The notes below the pieces were generated by a model. That model did no database searches. It was not told the DNA's origin and worked only from the letters and a program-made list of their open reading frames with translations. Of a stretch of 64,000 bases of DNA, positions 12,156 to 22,647 are shown piece by piece. A program made the position numbers and the translations under genes. The stretch is from Lophium mytilinum (Eukaryota), in assembly GCA_010093605.1 (NCBI GenBank), contig MU004182.1, positions 715,032 through 779,031 of the forward strand. Direction: 5' to 3'. How positions within the stretch are numbered: position 1 is the stretch's first letter; each line of letters begins with the position of its first letter.

Positions 12156-13378
12156 GAAGGGGGAAGATGCTGGATGAGATAATTATTGGTGCTGGAAACG
12201 GAACGGCATGTGGACGCTGGAATGGAGGGAAAAGTTGACTACGGAGATGGGACACCGACTTCCTACTTGATCCCTCGATATCGGAAATGGACTCGGACAA
12301 TAACCGAAGCATCCGATTCCAAGCCTTGGATCTTGGACAGTCGAGCTACTCTATGGCAGCCCACGATTTGGACTCCGGCTCCCCCGAGGCTGCAATTTTC
12401 AATAGTGTAGTCGCCACGATGCCCGCAATTTGAACTCAAGGTCAAAAGCACATCCGACAGGGCTTAAGTTCCGAAGATGGATGCAGCATGTCACAGACCC
12501 TATCGAAGGCCCTCTGAAGTCTGTGGCCACGCCGTTGAACTCGAAGATCCGAAAGCCTGATACCGAGCCCGGCGGCTGAGCGGTGGAGAGCTATACGTCA
12601 AATCGAGCTCTGATCCAGACCATAGCCAAGGATTGTATCGCAACGATGGAGTCGCATTCAAGCCTCCTCTGGATTTAACAACTCTCCATACTTTACCAAG
12701 AATTGCACGAGGACCTTGAGGACTGCCCTGTCACAGAGGCATCCCGCATGAATTTAAAAGTCACTCATAAGATACCCCGCAGATCACAGGTGTTCATTCA
12801 CCAGGGTAATATGATGCCAGGCAGTCGATCAAATAGTATTCTTCACTATCAAGGTGACCGGGAACAATACCATAGTTCTTTCTGATTGCTAGTTCAGATA
12901 GACAGAATCACATGAAGGCTTTAAACGAGCGCTTAGACTCTTACTCATATGTGTGCTTTCCATTCCATTTACTGAAATTCTGAGAGATATGTCTACATCG
13001 CAGGTGCACCGCTGTCACGAACTCAAAGCCGCCGCATCTCAACTCACATCTTTACCACGGTGTACATAGATTGCGATCACGAGCGCATCCGAGGCACGAT
13101 ATGTATGGGAAAGAAACTTCGCCGATTTGTGGGCGAGGTGGGAGGCGAAAGGTGAGCGAATCGATAGCTTGAAATATCTCTTAGGATCTAAAAGGCTTTT
13201 TTTTGGTATTGAGCGTCTTGAAAAGCAATGTGCTAGTCGTGATGCTGCGAAAAAAAAATTAACAATACCGCCGGGACTAGTATACACTATGAAGAAAGAG
13301 TGCATCATCGAACCATCCTCCATCAAGGGAACGACCGATTCCCATCTCACTCTCCTTCTAAGAGTCTTTCCTTCAGTA

Positions 13379-15895
13379 TCAGCCGGTGTTCATACCAGTC
13401 ATCTTTGCAAGCGCGTCTCGGTCAATCACTTCTTCTAGACACGTCCAATACACATCTCTCTTCCCCTGCTCCAAGTCCTTCATTTTGTCGAAGTCTGTCT
13501 TCCAAGCCGTACAAAACACTTTCAGCTCTTTGCAAGCTACGTCTCCATACTTTGCCAGGTACTCTTCCATTGCGTCCGTAACATTAAGGAGCATTAGCTC
13601 AATAGGAAGACTCGTTAGATAGTCGTCGTCATAAATGTCATCAGTCGGAGTATCGGCTCTGTCACAAGCGGATTTGCGCGCAAAGTGAAGAATTCGCTCA
13701 ACCATAAAGCCGATTTGGGTGTCGTCCACATCTCCATGGTCAGCCAGCGGTACGAACATTAGCTTCTCCCTACCCCTAATCAAGCGCATCATCTCGATGC
13801 AGCGTCGGTGCATACCAAAATAGTCGAAAGTTAGGCGGTACTCTTCCCAAAACATAGACTCCTTGATGGCTTTCAGTAGCTGCAATCTCCCGATATCGTG
13901 GGAACGTTGCCACGCTTCCCATTGAAGCCATCCGCATGCCTTTGAGACGTCGTGGCTCATTGCCAACCTGTATTGAGCAGCCTCAGAGAGGATTGCGTCG
14001 ATGTTTGGGACGCCCATTTCGCCTGGGTCGGACGCTAAACACCGACGTAGTAATAGGTATGCCACAGCGACGGATGGAATCAAGACCGCCTCAAACCTTT
14101 GTTTGGATTTCGTTGCGGTTATGAAGCTTTCCGATGACTGTAAGACGTTGATAGGTCTCTCGTCCACAAATATGCGTTTTTCCCCATGGATCCCAACGAA
14201 GGTGTTCATATCGGCCCATGATGGATAGTCCTTCGTGGTATGCTGAACCAGATTGTAAAGATGGGCCAGCGGTAAGACGGTCGAGCACCTGCTGATATAA
14301 TCCGAGCTAATTAAAGCCATCCGTATATTGATCGTAAACATCATCAGGCCGCAGAGCACGGGGTTCAGTTTGAAGTGTTCATGCTTCTCGAAGGTAGGCC
14401 AGTATCGCTCCTGGAATCTTTCTTGCTTCTCCTCCAACACATAATCGTCAATGATAAGCCTCAGCACGATGTTATGAATGCGCTCGATAAGCTCGTCTGC
14501 AGATTTCGGCCAGAATGAATGATCTGGGAAAGACTTGGAAAACTTCTGATGCTCTTCAATGATCTTCTTAACACGAAGAGCAGAAACCTTGAGATCGTTG
14601 AACGGCTTCGACTTTTTGTGCCGCACCGTATGGTTAACATCAAGGAATGTCTGAGCCACGAACGCGAACCATAAGGATGGCTTTCTATGCTCCAGGCACT
14701 GCGCAAGACTTTTGGTGATTTCGTCTGTGATAGGGAATGGTTGCTGAGTTTCTAGCAGAAAGCTGAAAACTTCCAAGCCTTGAAATAGAATAGCTCGATC
14801 TTCATTGAAGCGGCCAAGGGGTGACATGAACTCTCGTTGATTTCCTGCCTCGTGGTTTCTGCCGAGATTGTTCTTAAAACTTTGGAGAAAACGTTTGGAA
14901 AGTTCTGGGCTGTCGGCTGGCACATTGTCCACGTACTTTAACAACATGAGTTGAGCCGGGAGATGACACCAGGTTGCGAGATCTTGCAACTCGAGGTTGT
15001 ATGGCATACCAGAATCTACTGTACCCTTCGTGTTTTCCCCGCGAATTCTCCCAAGCAATCTGAAGAGGCGAAGAAGTTCCGTCTCCGCTGCCAGCTTGCA
15101 TTCGATATTAAACTCTGTTATCAAGCCTTTCGCGAGACCTAGAGCAATGTTCGTGATAACGGCGGCATTCATAAGATCGATCTCGCCCTTGAGGTACTCT
15201 GACCAGCTCTCACGCAAGAAGACCCTCATACTCTGCAAGTCATCGAAAAGGCAGAACATATGGAAAGTTCTGGGAGCCAGGAGTGAACCAAGGTCAGGGT
15301 CTGGTGCTCCTTGATTGTCCATGTCCTTGAAGTCATCATCCTCTTCAAGCTCATACTGTGCAGAGTCGTGCTCTTCCGGCTGTACGTTAAGCATGGGCTG
15401 AGTATCTTCAATCCCTAGAGCGGCATATTGTTGGCGTATCCAAGCGATAATGCTTTCGTCATCGTCGTCTTGGAGCTCATATGGCGGTGGATCCGCAGCC
15501 TCTTTAGTCGGTATGGCTCCCTTGCGCTCCAATATCATGCAGACCTCTTCCAAAACTGTAATAGGATGGGGATGACGACAGGCCCCGATGGCGTGCTCGT
15601 ATTTCTCTAGGCCCAGATACCAAATCCCGCAGCGCTTCCGCAGTGCTATCGCTCGTTTCATCTTTCCAAGGATCACGGGAGGAACGTCGATTTGATGGAG
15701 TACGATCACTTCGGCAATGGACTGGAGGGTGAAGTCTCTGAGCGTGATCCGGACTGTGCTTATCTCATTCGGTTTCGTCGGTATAATGTTATTGTATATC
15801 TCCGCTGTCTTGACTAGCCACCGGATGGAGCAATGAATGTCGGAAGTATAGCGCTTGTAGCTGCCGACCAGATTGGCAACTTCGGTGAGCGTCAT
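13379..15895 (-). CDS. DUF6604-like fungal protein, intronless
   Basis: 838-aa ORF. N-terminal SYKRY...WLVKTA...KRAIALRKRCGIWY...H and CLFDDLQSMR...W...IDLMNAAVITN resemble DUF6604 proteins (from recall). Confidence 0.7.
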   Translation of the reverse strand: MTLTEVANLVGSYKRYTSDIHCSIRWLVKTAEIYNNIIPTKPNEISTVRITLRDFTLQSIAEVIVLHQIDVPPVILGKMKRAIALRKRCGIWYLGLEKYEHAIGACRHPHPITVLEEVCMILERKGAIPTKEAADPPPYELQDDDDESIIAWIRQQYAALGIEDTQPMLNVQPEEHDSAQYELEEDDDFKDMDNQGAPDPDLGSLLAPRTFHMFCLFDDLQSMRVFLRESWSEYLKGEIDLMNAAVITNIALGLAKGLITEFNIECKLAAETELLRLFRLLGRIRGENTKGTVDSGMPYNLELQDLATWCHLPAQLMLLKYVDNVPADSPELSKRFLQSFKNNLGRNHEAGNQREFMSPLGRFNEDRAILFQGLEVFSFLLETQQPFPITDEITKSLAQCLEHRKPSLWFAFVAQTFLDVNHTVRHKKSKPFNDLKVSALRVKKIIEEHQKFSKSFPDHSFWPKSADELIERIHNIVLRLIIDDYVLEEKQERFQERYWPTFEKHEHFKLNPVLCGLMMFTINIRMALISSDYISRCSTVLPLAHLYNLVQHTTKDYPSWADMNTFVGIHGEKRIFVDERPINVLQSSESFITATKSKQRFEAVLIPSVAVAYLLLRRCLASDPGEMGVPNIDAILSEAAQYRLAMSHDVSKACGWLQWEAWQRSHDIGRLQLLKAIKESMFWEEYRLTFDYFGMHRRCIEMMRLIRGREKLMFVPLADHGDVDDTQIGFMVERILHFARKSACDRADTPTDDIYDDDYLTSLPIELMLLNVTDAMEEYLAKYGDVACKELKVFCTAWKTDFDKMKDLEQGKRDVYWTCLEEVIDRDALAKMTGMNTG

Positions 15896-16066
15896 GCCTG
15901 CGGAGTTGCTCGAGGGAAAAATGACTGGGGTTGGGGTGTTGAGAAGACATGGTGAGAAGGCTCTTCAGATAGAAGATGGAAGTTGTGAGCTCGAGGAAGT
16001 TGCAATGGCGGTGTTTTGTTTTGTTTGTGGTCTGTTGGAAACCACAATCGCCAGCAGGTAAGGCTT

Positions 16067-16354
16067 GAGAGGTAGAATCAGGTTAGCTAAACCTAGCTAA
16101 ACGGTCCTGTGTTAAACGGTCTAGCGCTGATGAGTCATCTAGCGGCTTGGCGGATCTCGACTTCTTCAATGCACATACATATTTCTGACATATTAGCTTT
16201 GGCAAGCCTAACAGCTCCCCGGGCCACCTTGCGCAGTGTTGATTGAGTGGGCCACTTCTTTTCTGCCTAGCGAGAGTGGTCAGGTCAGCTAGGCCTGGAT
16301 AAACGGTCTTATGTTAAACGGTCTAGCGCTGATGAGTCATCTAGCGGCTTGGCG
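16067..16354. repeat. Dispersed direct repeat (about 55-bp core, about 85 bp with flanks, 202-bp period) containing a GATGAGTCATC palindrome
   Basis: Cores at 16098-16152 and 16300-16354 differ at only 2 positions; upstream flanks differ mostly by transitions. Confidence 0.9.
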
Positions 16355-17187
16355 AGTTTCTACTACTTTCGCTCGCTCGTCCTCTGCACCTTCCTAAAAA
16401 TTATACTTACCTTGTTGGGATGGCCGAGCTCAAGAATCCGGTCCATCTGGCAGACTGTCCTGCATTGCACCACGCGGCGACGGCTGTCATGAATCTCCTT
16501 CGGGGGCTTCACCGGCGTAATTTTTGCTGGTCCGCTCTCTGAGCAACAAACACTTTTCATTGACTGTCCCTGCCTTGTGCAGGACGTTGAAGAAGAGTTT
16601 CACTAAGACCCTGGCTGTTGTCAGCATTTTACTTGTCGAGAAATGTCGAGGCTGAGCCGGAAGCTAAATCCACACAGCCTCGGGAGCTGATGGATATGGG
16701 TATCTAAATGCCCGCGTGGATCATAACCTTACCAAGATTGCGAAATTCCAAGAATCACCCGGGAGAGTTCTGCGGAGGTTCTTGTAACCTCAGTCATGCT
16801 GCGGACTAGTTTTCTTACCAAACAGTACGTTTCTTCGGGGAAAGTTTAGACTACCCCTGTGCCCCTCAAGCTATTTTGAACATGCTGAGGCTCTTTCCGA
16901 ATCAGGCATACCATAATTAATCGCTCGACTATGAAAGCGTAGCTTAAGAAGAGTGGACGAGAGCACGTCAAGTCATGTATTCGAGAACATATGATTTCAA
17001 TGTTTACGTAGATTAGGTATTATGACTCTGCAGCTTTTACATTCCACTTTCCATCAAAGCCTTGGAAAGAGAAGGCATGACAGCGAGCGAAGATATTATA
17101 TACAAAGAAAGAAAACTGGTGTGTAACATCGTGGATGCCCCGACCCATGAACAAAACGGAAACGAAACACCGATGCAGCACGCTACC

Positions 17188-18228
17188 TTACTTCGCGAAA
17201 GGAGAACCGGACGAACCGGTGATCTCCACGATCGCCGGGCCAGCCTTGACAGTGTCGTCCGAGACAGAGGAGTTACAGCCAGTGATGACCACGTACGACT
17301 GTCCGTGGAAGCCGGCGGGAACGGTAGTCTCGATGATGCCACCGCTCTTGATATATGCCTTGGTAAATGTGGGGCCGGTAACGGCAATCCAAGCAGCGTA
17401 GACGAAGTTGTTGCCCTTGTCAGGCTGGATGGAGCCCTTGGTGGTGAACTGAATGGTCTTGCCTGTGGTCACAGGTGCGGAGGAGGCGGCGAGAGCGAGG
17501 GCGGGGAACGCCTTCAGGGGAAGCGCCACATTGGTGCTCGGGCAGCTGACGATGAAGGGAGAGGCGAGGGTGTAGACCTCGTCGAAGTCTAGAGGGACGT
17601 CGAAGGGTTGAGCGAAGGGCGACTCTTTGAGAGAAGCGCGGAGGTAAGAGGAGTGGCGCGACTCAACCGTGAGGATGGATCCGGCGGCCGTAAGGTAGTC
17701 CTTGTTCATGATGGAGGCAGCAGCGCCAAGGTAGGCGGTGACGCCCACGCCTTCTAGGATAGAAGCGGTTGCGACGAAGGTAGCGACGGATGTGACGCCG
17801 AAAGCGTATGTACACTCGGCTACGGGCTTCGCACCGGCAGCTGAGAGCATGTTAGTGATTGTGTGAGAGGGTAAGTAAGGGAGAGTGTCTTTACCTGTTA
17901 AGGCTTTAGTTAGGAAGGAAACGTGTGTAGTCTCATCGTAAGAAACCTCCTTCAGGTTCTTGTAGAAGGTTGCGTCGTATCCGGCGTCTGCGAATTGCTG
18001 CTGGGTGAAGTTGGCTAGACCTTCACGGTAGAACTTGTCCTCTGAGACTCTGGTTAGCATGCTTCAAACGCCGTTCGACTTTTTAAACTGAGGCTTACCA
18101 AGATGCTCGAGTGTAAGAGCATAGTTCAAGATATCAGCATCAGTGAGAGCCCTCTTTGCAACAGTGGGACGGGCAATGGTCGATCCTGCCGTAGCGAGGA
18201 TGACGGCTGCGGTGGCTGCGAATTTCAT
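17188..18228 (-). CDS. Secreted ferritin-like domain protein (Rds1-like)
   Basis: Signal peptide MKFAATAAVILA...; ILNYALTLEHLE-DKFY, DETTHVSFL, LEGVGVTAYLGAA and VESRHSS ferritin-like motifs; two introns. Confidence 0.88.
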
Positions 18229-20408
18229 ATTGAAGAGTGATGGTGATGTAGATTGACTTTGGAAGAATGAATTGCAGTGATGGATGGCGAGTGAGAACTG
18301 AGGGCCAAAAGAATCATACTTGTAGTAAAGCAATTCATATTTCGGAGTTGCTTCCACTGCTGAATGCAACTCATTTGTCACAGCAATGTCGACAAACACG
18401 CCGGATGGCCCCTATCCGCGAACGTGACGAGATGTTGGCGAACATCCCAGCGAATGGCGCAACAAAGGATTTCACGATGAGTTCCCCATGCAGCATGTCA
18501 AGGCCAAAAAGAGACAAGTTGCGGGGGTTAGCATGCGCTGTAACTCCATACAGTGTGCTAACGGAGGATCAAGACGCCAGGGCCGGAGCCATGGTTTCCC
18601 GGGCGTGAGCGAAGACTGCTCGAGGCCACCGAAGAGATGAATGCGGGAGGCCAAGCTTTGTTGGCGTAGAGACTGACCAACCGGAGGAGACGCTACTGGC
18701 CGCTAAATATCAAGCTTAAATAGACCCGCAAACATCCCAGGGTCTGTCAGACAGGGTCTAGGCTGATCACTACGGCATACTAGACATGAGCGCATGGGAG
18801 AGCTTGAACAAGTGAGAGCTACTGGGAACGACCACGCTCGATTTGACCGAATAGGAGCGTACATCAGAGTTGGAGATGTTAAGAAGAGCTTTGTAATGGG
18901 GTACGACTCATGATTAGCTGACAAGCTAGAACCGTATTGCGAGGACTGTGAAAGTGCTCTCTGAACCAGCTGCGCTCACTGACGCACCTGAAACCCAAAC
19001 ATAGTTCAAGAGATGTGATAACTAACCTATGGAAAGCCCTTGTTCATCTGATTGATATTCAAAGGGATGAAGCCGTAACACTAGCAGCATTAGTAGCTCA
19101 ACGTATTAGTGTCGCTGCTCGCTCCCTTTGTGGGTTTCTGGTAAGTTGGTGGTTCAAGCGGTCGATTCAATTGCGTGGGCTTACAGTATGCCGTAGATTT
19201 AGCTTAGCTCCACCCACGTCATGTCTAACGCGGGAAGTTGGCCTTCCGAACTCAAAATCCAACCCGCAACTGCGCCCCTTTCGCCTTGTCCCACATAATA
19301 CTAATATGGCGAGAAACCCAAGACAGAGTCATATTTTTCTTCCTTGGCCGGGTTTCTCGGGCAGAGAGCATGCTCACCGTCATCAGGTTATTCCTGGCAT
19401 AGCGTCAGCGAAAGAATCTTCCTCTGCTCAACCGCATCGAGGGCGAAAGTCACTTTCTAACATCACCTCTAATGCGACTAATAGGTTGGCCGACGAAAAT
19501 CCCCAAAGCTCATAAGCCAATGATGTTTCGCATGTTGTCCCCGTGATTGACCTTGCGATGGATGTTGGAGAGCGTGGTGATTCTTAGTGCTGGCCAGCCC
19601 TAATTTCTTTCTAGTGCGTGGAGGCGCATTGGCTCCCGAATTCGCCATATCTAGTTTCTGACGGACCCGTTACTAGTTAATGAGGTTTGGCTTTGGTGTA
19701 GTCTAGCAGAATTGGGTCAAGTAATCTGTAGTTGCGGAATGGAAGGAAATTGGACGAAGTTTAGAAAGGGGCATTACCCCTCTAGTTACCGAGGCAGACG
19801 CTGATGGACCTTTTTCGAAAAAGTAATTGTCAATATGTTGCCTTCGCTGTTCGCAAGACAGGCTCGAATCGCCTCGTGAGTCCTACGTCATTAATGATTG
19901 TCGAAGAATGCGCAATCTCGCGCTTTTGGCACTTCACTGACTGGCTGTAATTGAAGCCTCTCGCTTTTCTAAATAACAAAACAAACAGTGATTGCTACCT
20001 ACCTCGCACCGATCATGCAGATGTGTCAGTCACGTGGCATGCACCTGACGTGGCGACTGTTCTCTTTGCCGAACCCCAGCGCCGGAGCTGGCTGCACCGC
20101 AGGCTTTGTCTAAACTTTACAATATCATCACTCCCTACAGCTTCACATGGGTTTGTAAAATTCCGGGCCTTTGACCCCAGGGACAGATCGTAGGGGTAAG
20201 GCATTGAACCAGATTCGAGGAAGCCATGGCCCCGGATTAGAAATGCCAATCCCTTTCTCTCACGATTAGACATCAGAACGCCATTCACGACACTAGGACT
20301 CTCTTTGATTCAGCTTGTTGTTTACAGCAACCTTCAGCAATCATGGTCTGTGCTCTTGTAGGAGACAGGATATGCCAGGATTACCCCACTACCCCAAGTT
20401 TCACCGTT

Positions 20409-20438
20409 CCGCAAAGCACCCCGCAAAGCGGATCCGCA
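20409..20438. promoter_or_regulatory. AlcR-type sites upstream of the esterase: CCGCA-N7-CCGCA plus AGCGG-AT-CCGCA
   Basis: CCGCA at 20409-13 and 20421-25; AGCGG at 20427-31 with CCGCA at 20434-38. Matches the WGCGG direct (7-bp) and inverted (2-bp) arrangements of A. nidulans AlcR targets. Confidence 0.65.
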
Positions 20439-20619
20439 GAGCCCCACGTTTTGAGCAACCTCCGAATCCAGTCAATGTATTTTCGATTGCCGCCATGTTG
20501 GTCAGCCTTCGCCCAAAGTGGGTCTCATGACCCCGTCGCTCTACCTCCGCCTCCGCAATATGGATGAACAAACCAATCAACTGCCAAACCAGTTGGTCTG
20601 ATAACCCCTAAAGTGGACC

Positions 20620-20795
20620 CAGCAGCCTAAGACGCAGGCCTGACAACCTCGGAGGTAGGCCTAACAAGATACGAGGTATGCCTTAGAAGATACGAGGTAG
20701 GCCTAATGCTACGAGGTCCGCCTAACAGCCCACGAGACAAGCCTTACTACCTCTAAGCCGGGTCTACCACCTCCAAGCCCGGGTCTAACGAAACA
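20620..20795. repeat. Degenerate minisatellite of about 19-21 bp
   Basis: Units ggaggtaggcctaacaagata / cgaggtatgccttagaagata / cgaggtaggcctaatgcta / cgaggtccgcctaacagccca / cgagacaagccttactacctc / taagccgggtctaccacctc / caagcccgggtctaacgaaac. Confidence 0.75.
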
Positions 20796-20981
20796 GCTCC
20801 CCCCGCTTCTGGACGGAGGAATGGACAGCCCTGAACCCCGCTCGCTCGGTGACGCCACCAAAGCACCAAAGCAGTAGCTACCTCTACGAAGCAACCGCGA
20901 TATATCACTCCTACGTTTCTTGTTCTGCCTTGATACCTGAAACTGCAGATATCTCTGACTACTGAAGTCTCAACCGAAATC

Positions 20982-22338
20982 ATGGGTAAACTCTCTCCGG
21001 AATCTCTCCAAACTCTCAAGCAGATAACCGAGGACGCGTGCGCCGATCCAGAGACCGGTCTTCCGGGTACAACTGTTGTCGTCGTTGGTAAAGATGGCAA
21101 AGAGCTCTTCGCGCATGCGGCAGGGAAGCGCGGGTATGGGAGTAGCGAGCCCATGACGCTGGATAGCATCTACTGGATTGCATCATGTACGAAGATGATC
21201 ACGGGTGTTGCTTGCATGCAGCTCGTTGAGCAAGGGACGCTAAAGCTAGATGATGCGGCACAGGTAGAGAAGTTGTGTCCTGAGCTCAAGGCTGTGAAGG
21301 TTCTTCAGAAAGATGGGAGTTTGGTCGATAAGAAAAGGGGGATCACTCTGAGAATGCTTCTTAGCCATACAGGTAAATTATTTAGACAGAACTGTTTCAT
21401 CATTCGCAGTGACAGCACAGCTAATCGTCATTGCAGCTGGATTTGGATACGCTTTCTTCAACAACGAACTGAGAGACTACAACAAACCACTCGGTTACGA
21501 CGAGTTCTCCGGGCATTTGAAAGATATAATACAGCCCCTCGTCCACCAGCCTGGAGAAGGATGGGAATACGGAGTAAGCTTCCATCCAAGCCCCCTTATC
21601 TTTACATACTTCGGAAACATACTATAGCTCAACTAGGTCAACATCGACTGGGCGGGCATCGTCCTCGAGCGCGCCACAGGCACCTCCCTAAACAACTACA
21701 TGCAAAAGCACATCCTCGCCCCCCTCGGCCTGCAGAACATGAACATGTTCCCGACCGCCTCCATGAAGCAGAACCTCGCCTACATGAACAGCCGCAACCC
21801 GGAAGGCAAGCTAGCACGCTACGACCACATCAACCGCCGCCCCCTCGTCGTCGAAGGAAACGACGTCGACACCTGCCTCAACAGCGGCGGCGCAGGCATG
21901 TTCGCGAAACCCCAAGAGTACTGTCAGATCCTAGCCACGCTGCTGAACGACGGCACGTCGCCTACCACCGGCGCGAAGATTCTGAGCAAAGCGACGGTCG
22001 ATGAGATGTTCAAGAACCAGATCCCGGACTTCCCGAACTTTGCTCGTCAGGGGGTTCCCGCTGCGAAGCCGTGGCTGACGAATGCCATCCCGGAGCTTTA
22101 TCCGATCCCTGGGGATAAGCCGCAGGGCTGGGGTCTTACGTTCATGCTTACCGAGGGTGCTACTGGGCGATCCAAGGGCACTGCGCAATGGGCTGGGCTG
22201 CCGAATCTGTGGTGGTGGTGCGACCGTGAAAAGGGGGTTGCTGGGATCATTTGCAATCAGATTCTGCCGTTCGTTGATATGAAGACGCTGGGTTTGTGGG
22301 GCGCGATTGAGACGACTGTTTATAAAGCTTTAGCGTAG
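20982..22338 (+). CDS. Beta-lactamase-fold serine esterase (family VIII / LovD-EstB-like)
   Basis: WIASCTK (SxxK), LLSHTAG, PGEGWEYG-VNIDWAG, SGGAG and WAGLPNLWWW motifs; two introns; no signal peptide. Confidence 0.92.
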
Positions 22339-22647
22339 TGGAATGGTGGTGATTTCCAGTGCCTTGATTTGATGATTGAATGGCAATATATAGCAAATAT
22401 ATCCTGCTACTACGACTTTCCCATTAGTTCAGGTGATAACTTGGAATCGCTCACTGCTTGTGTCCAGCAACAACCACTCAATTGCCAGTATAGATACTTA
22501 ATCCCCACAAAACGCCAGACTATTAGTTCCCTCTCAGGCCACCAATCACCCTGCGCCGACCCAATGAAAGAAACGATTGCTACGCCTTTTACCAGAAACA
22601 AAAACATCGGAGGATATCAGACACAAGCCGGACCAAAGGATATCACC

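Noticed and set aside
12186..13440. Short ORFs as a possible decayed gene
   Set aside because: No recognisable similarity or consistent exon structure.
16127..16170. CTGATGAG as a hammerhead ribozyme core (both repeat copies)
   Set aside because: No GAAA after a stem II and no stem I/III closure; better explained as a TGAGTCA bZIP palindrome.
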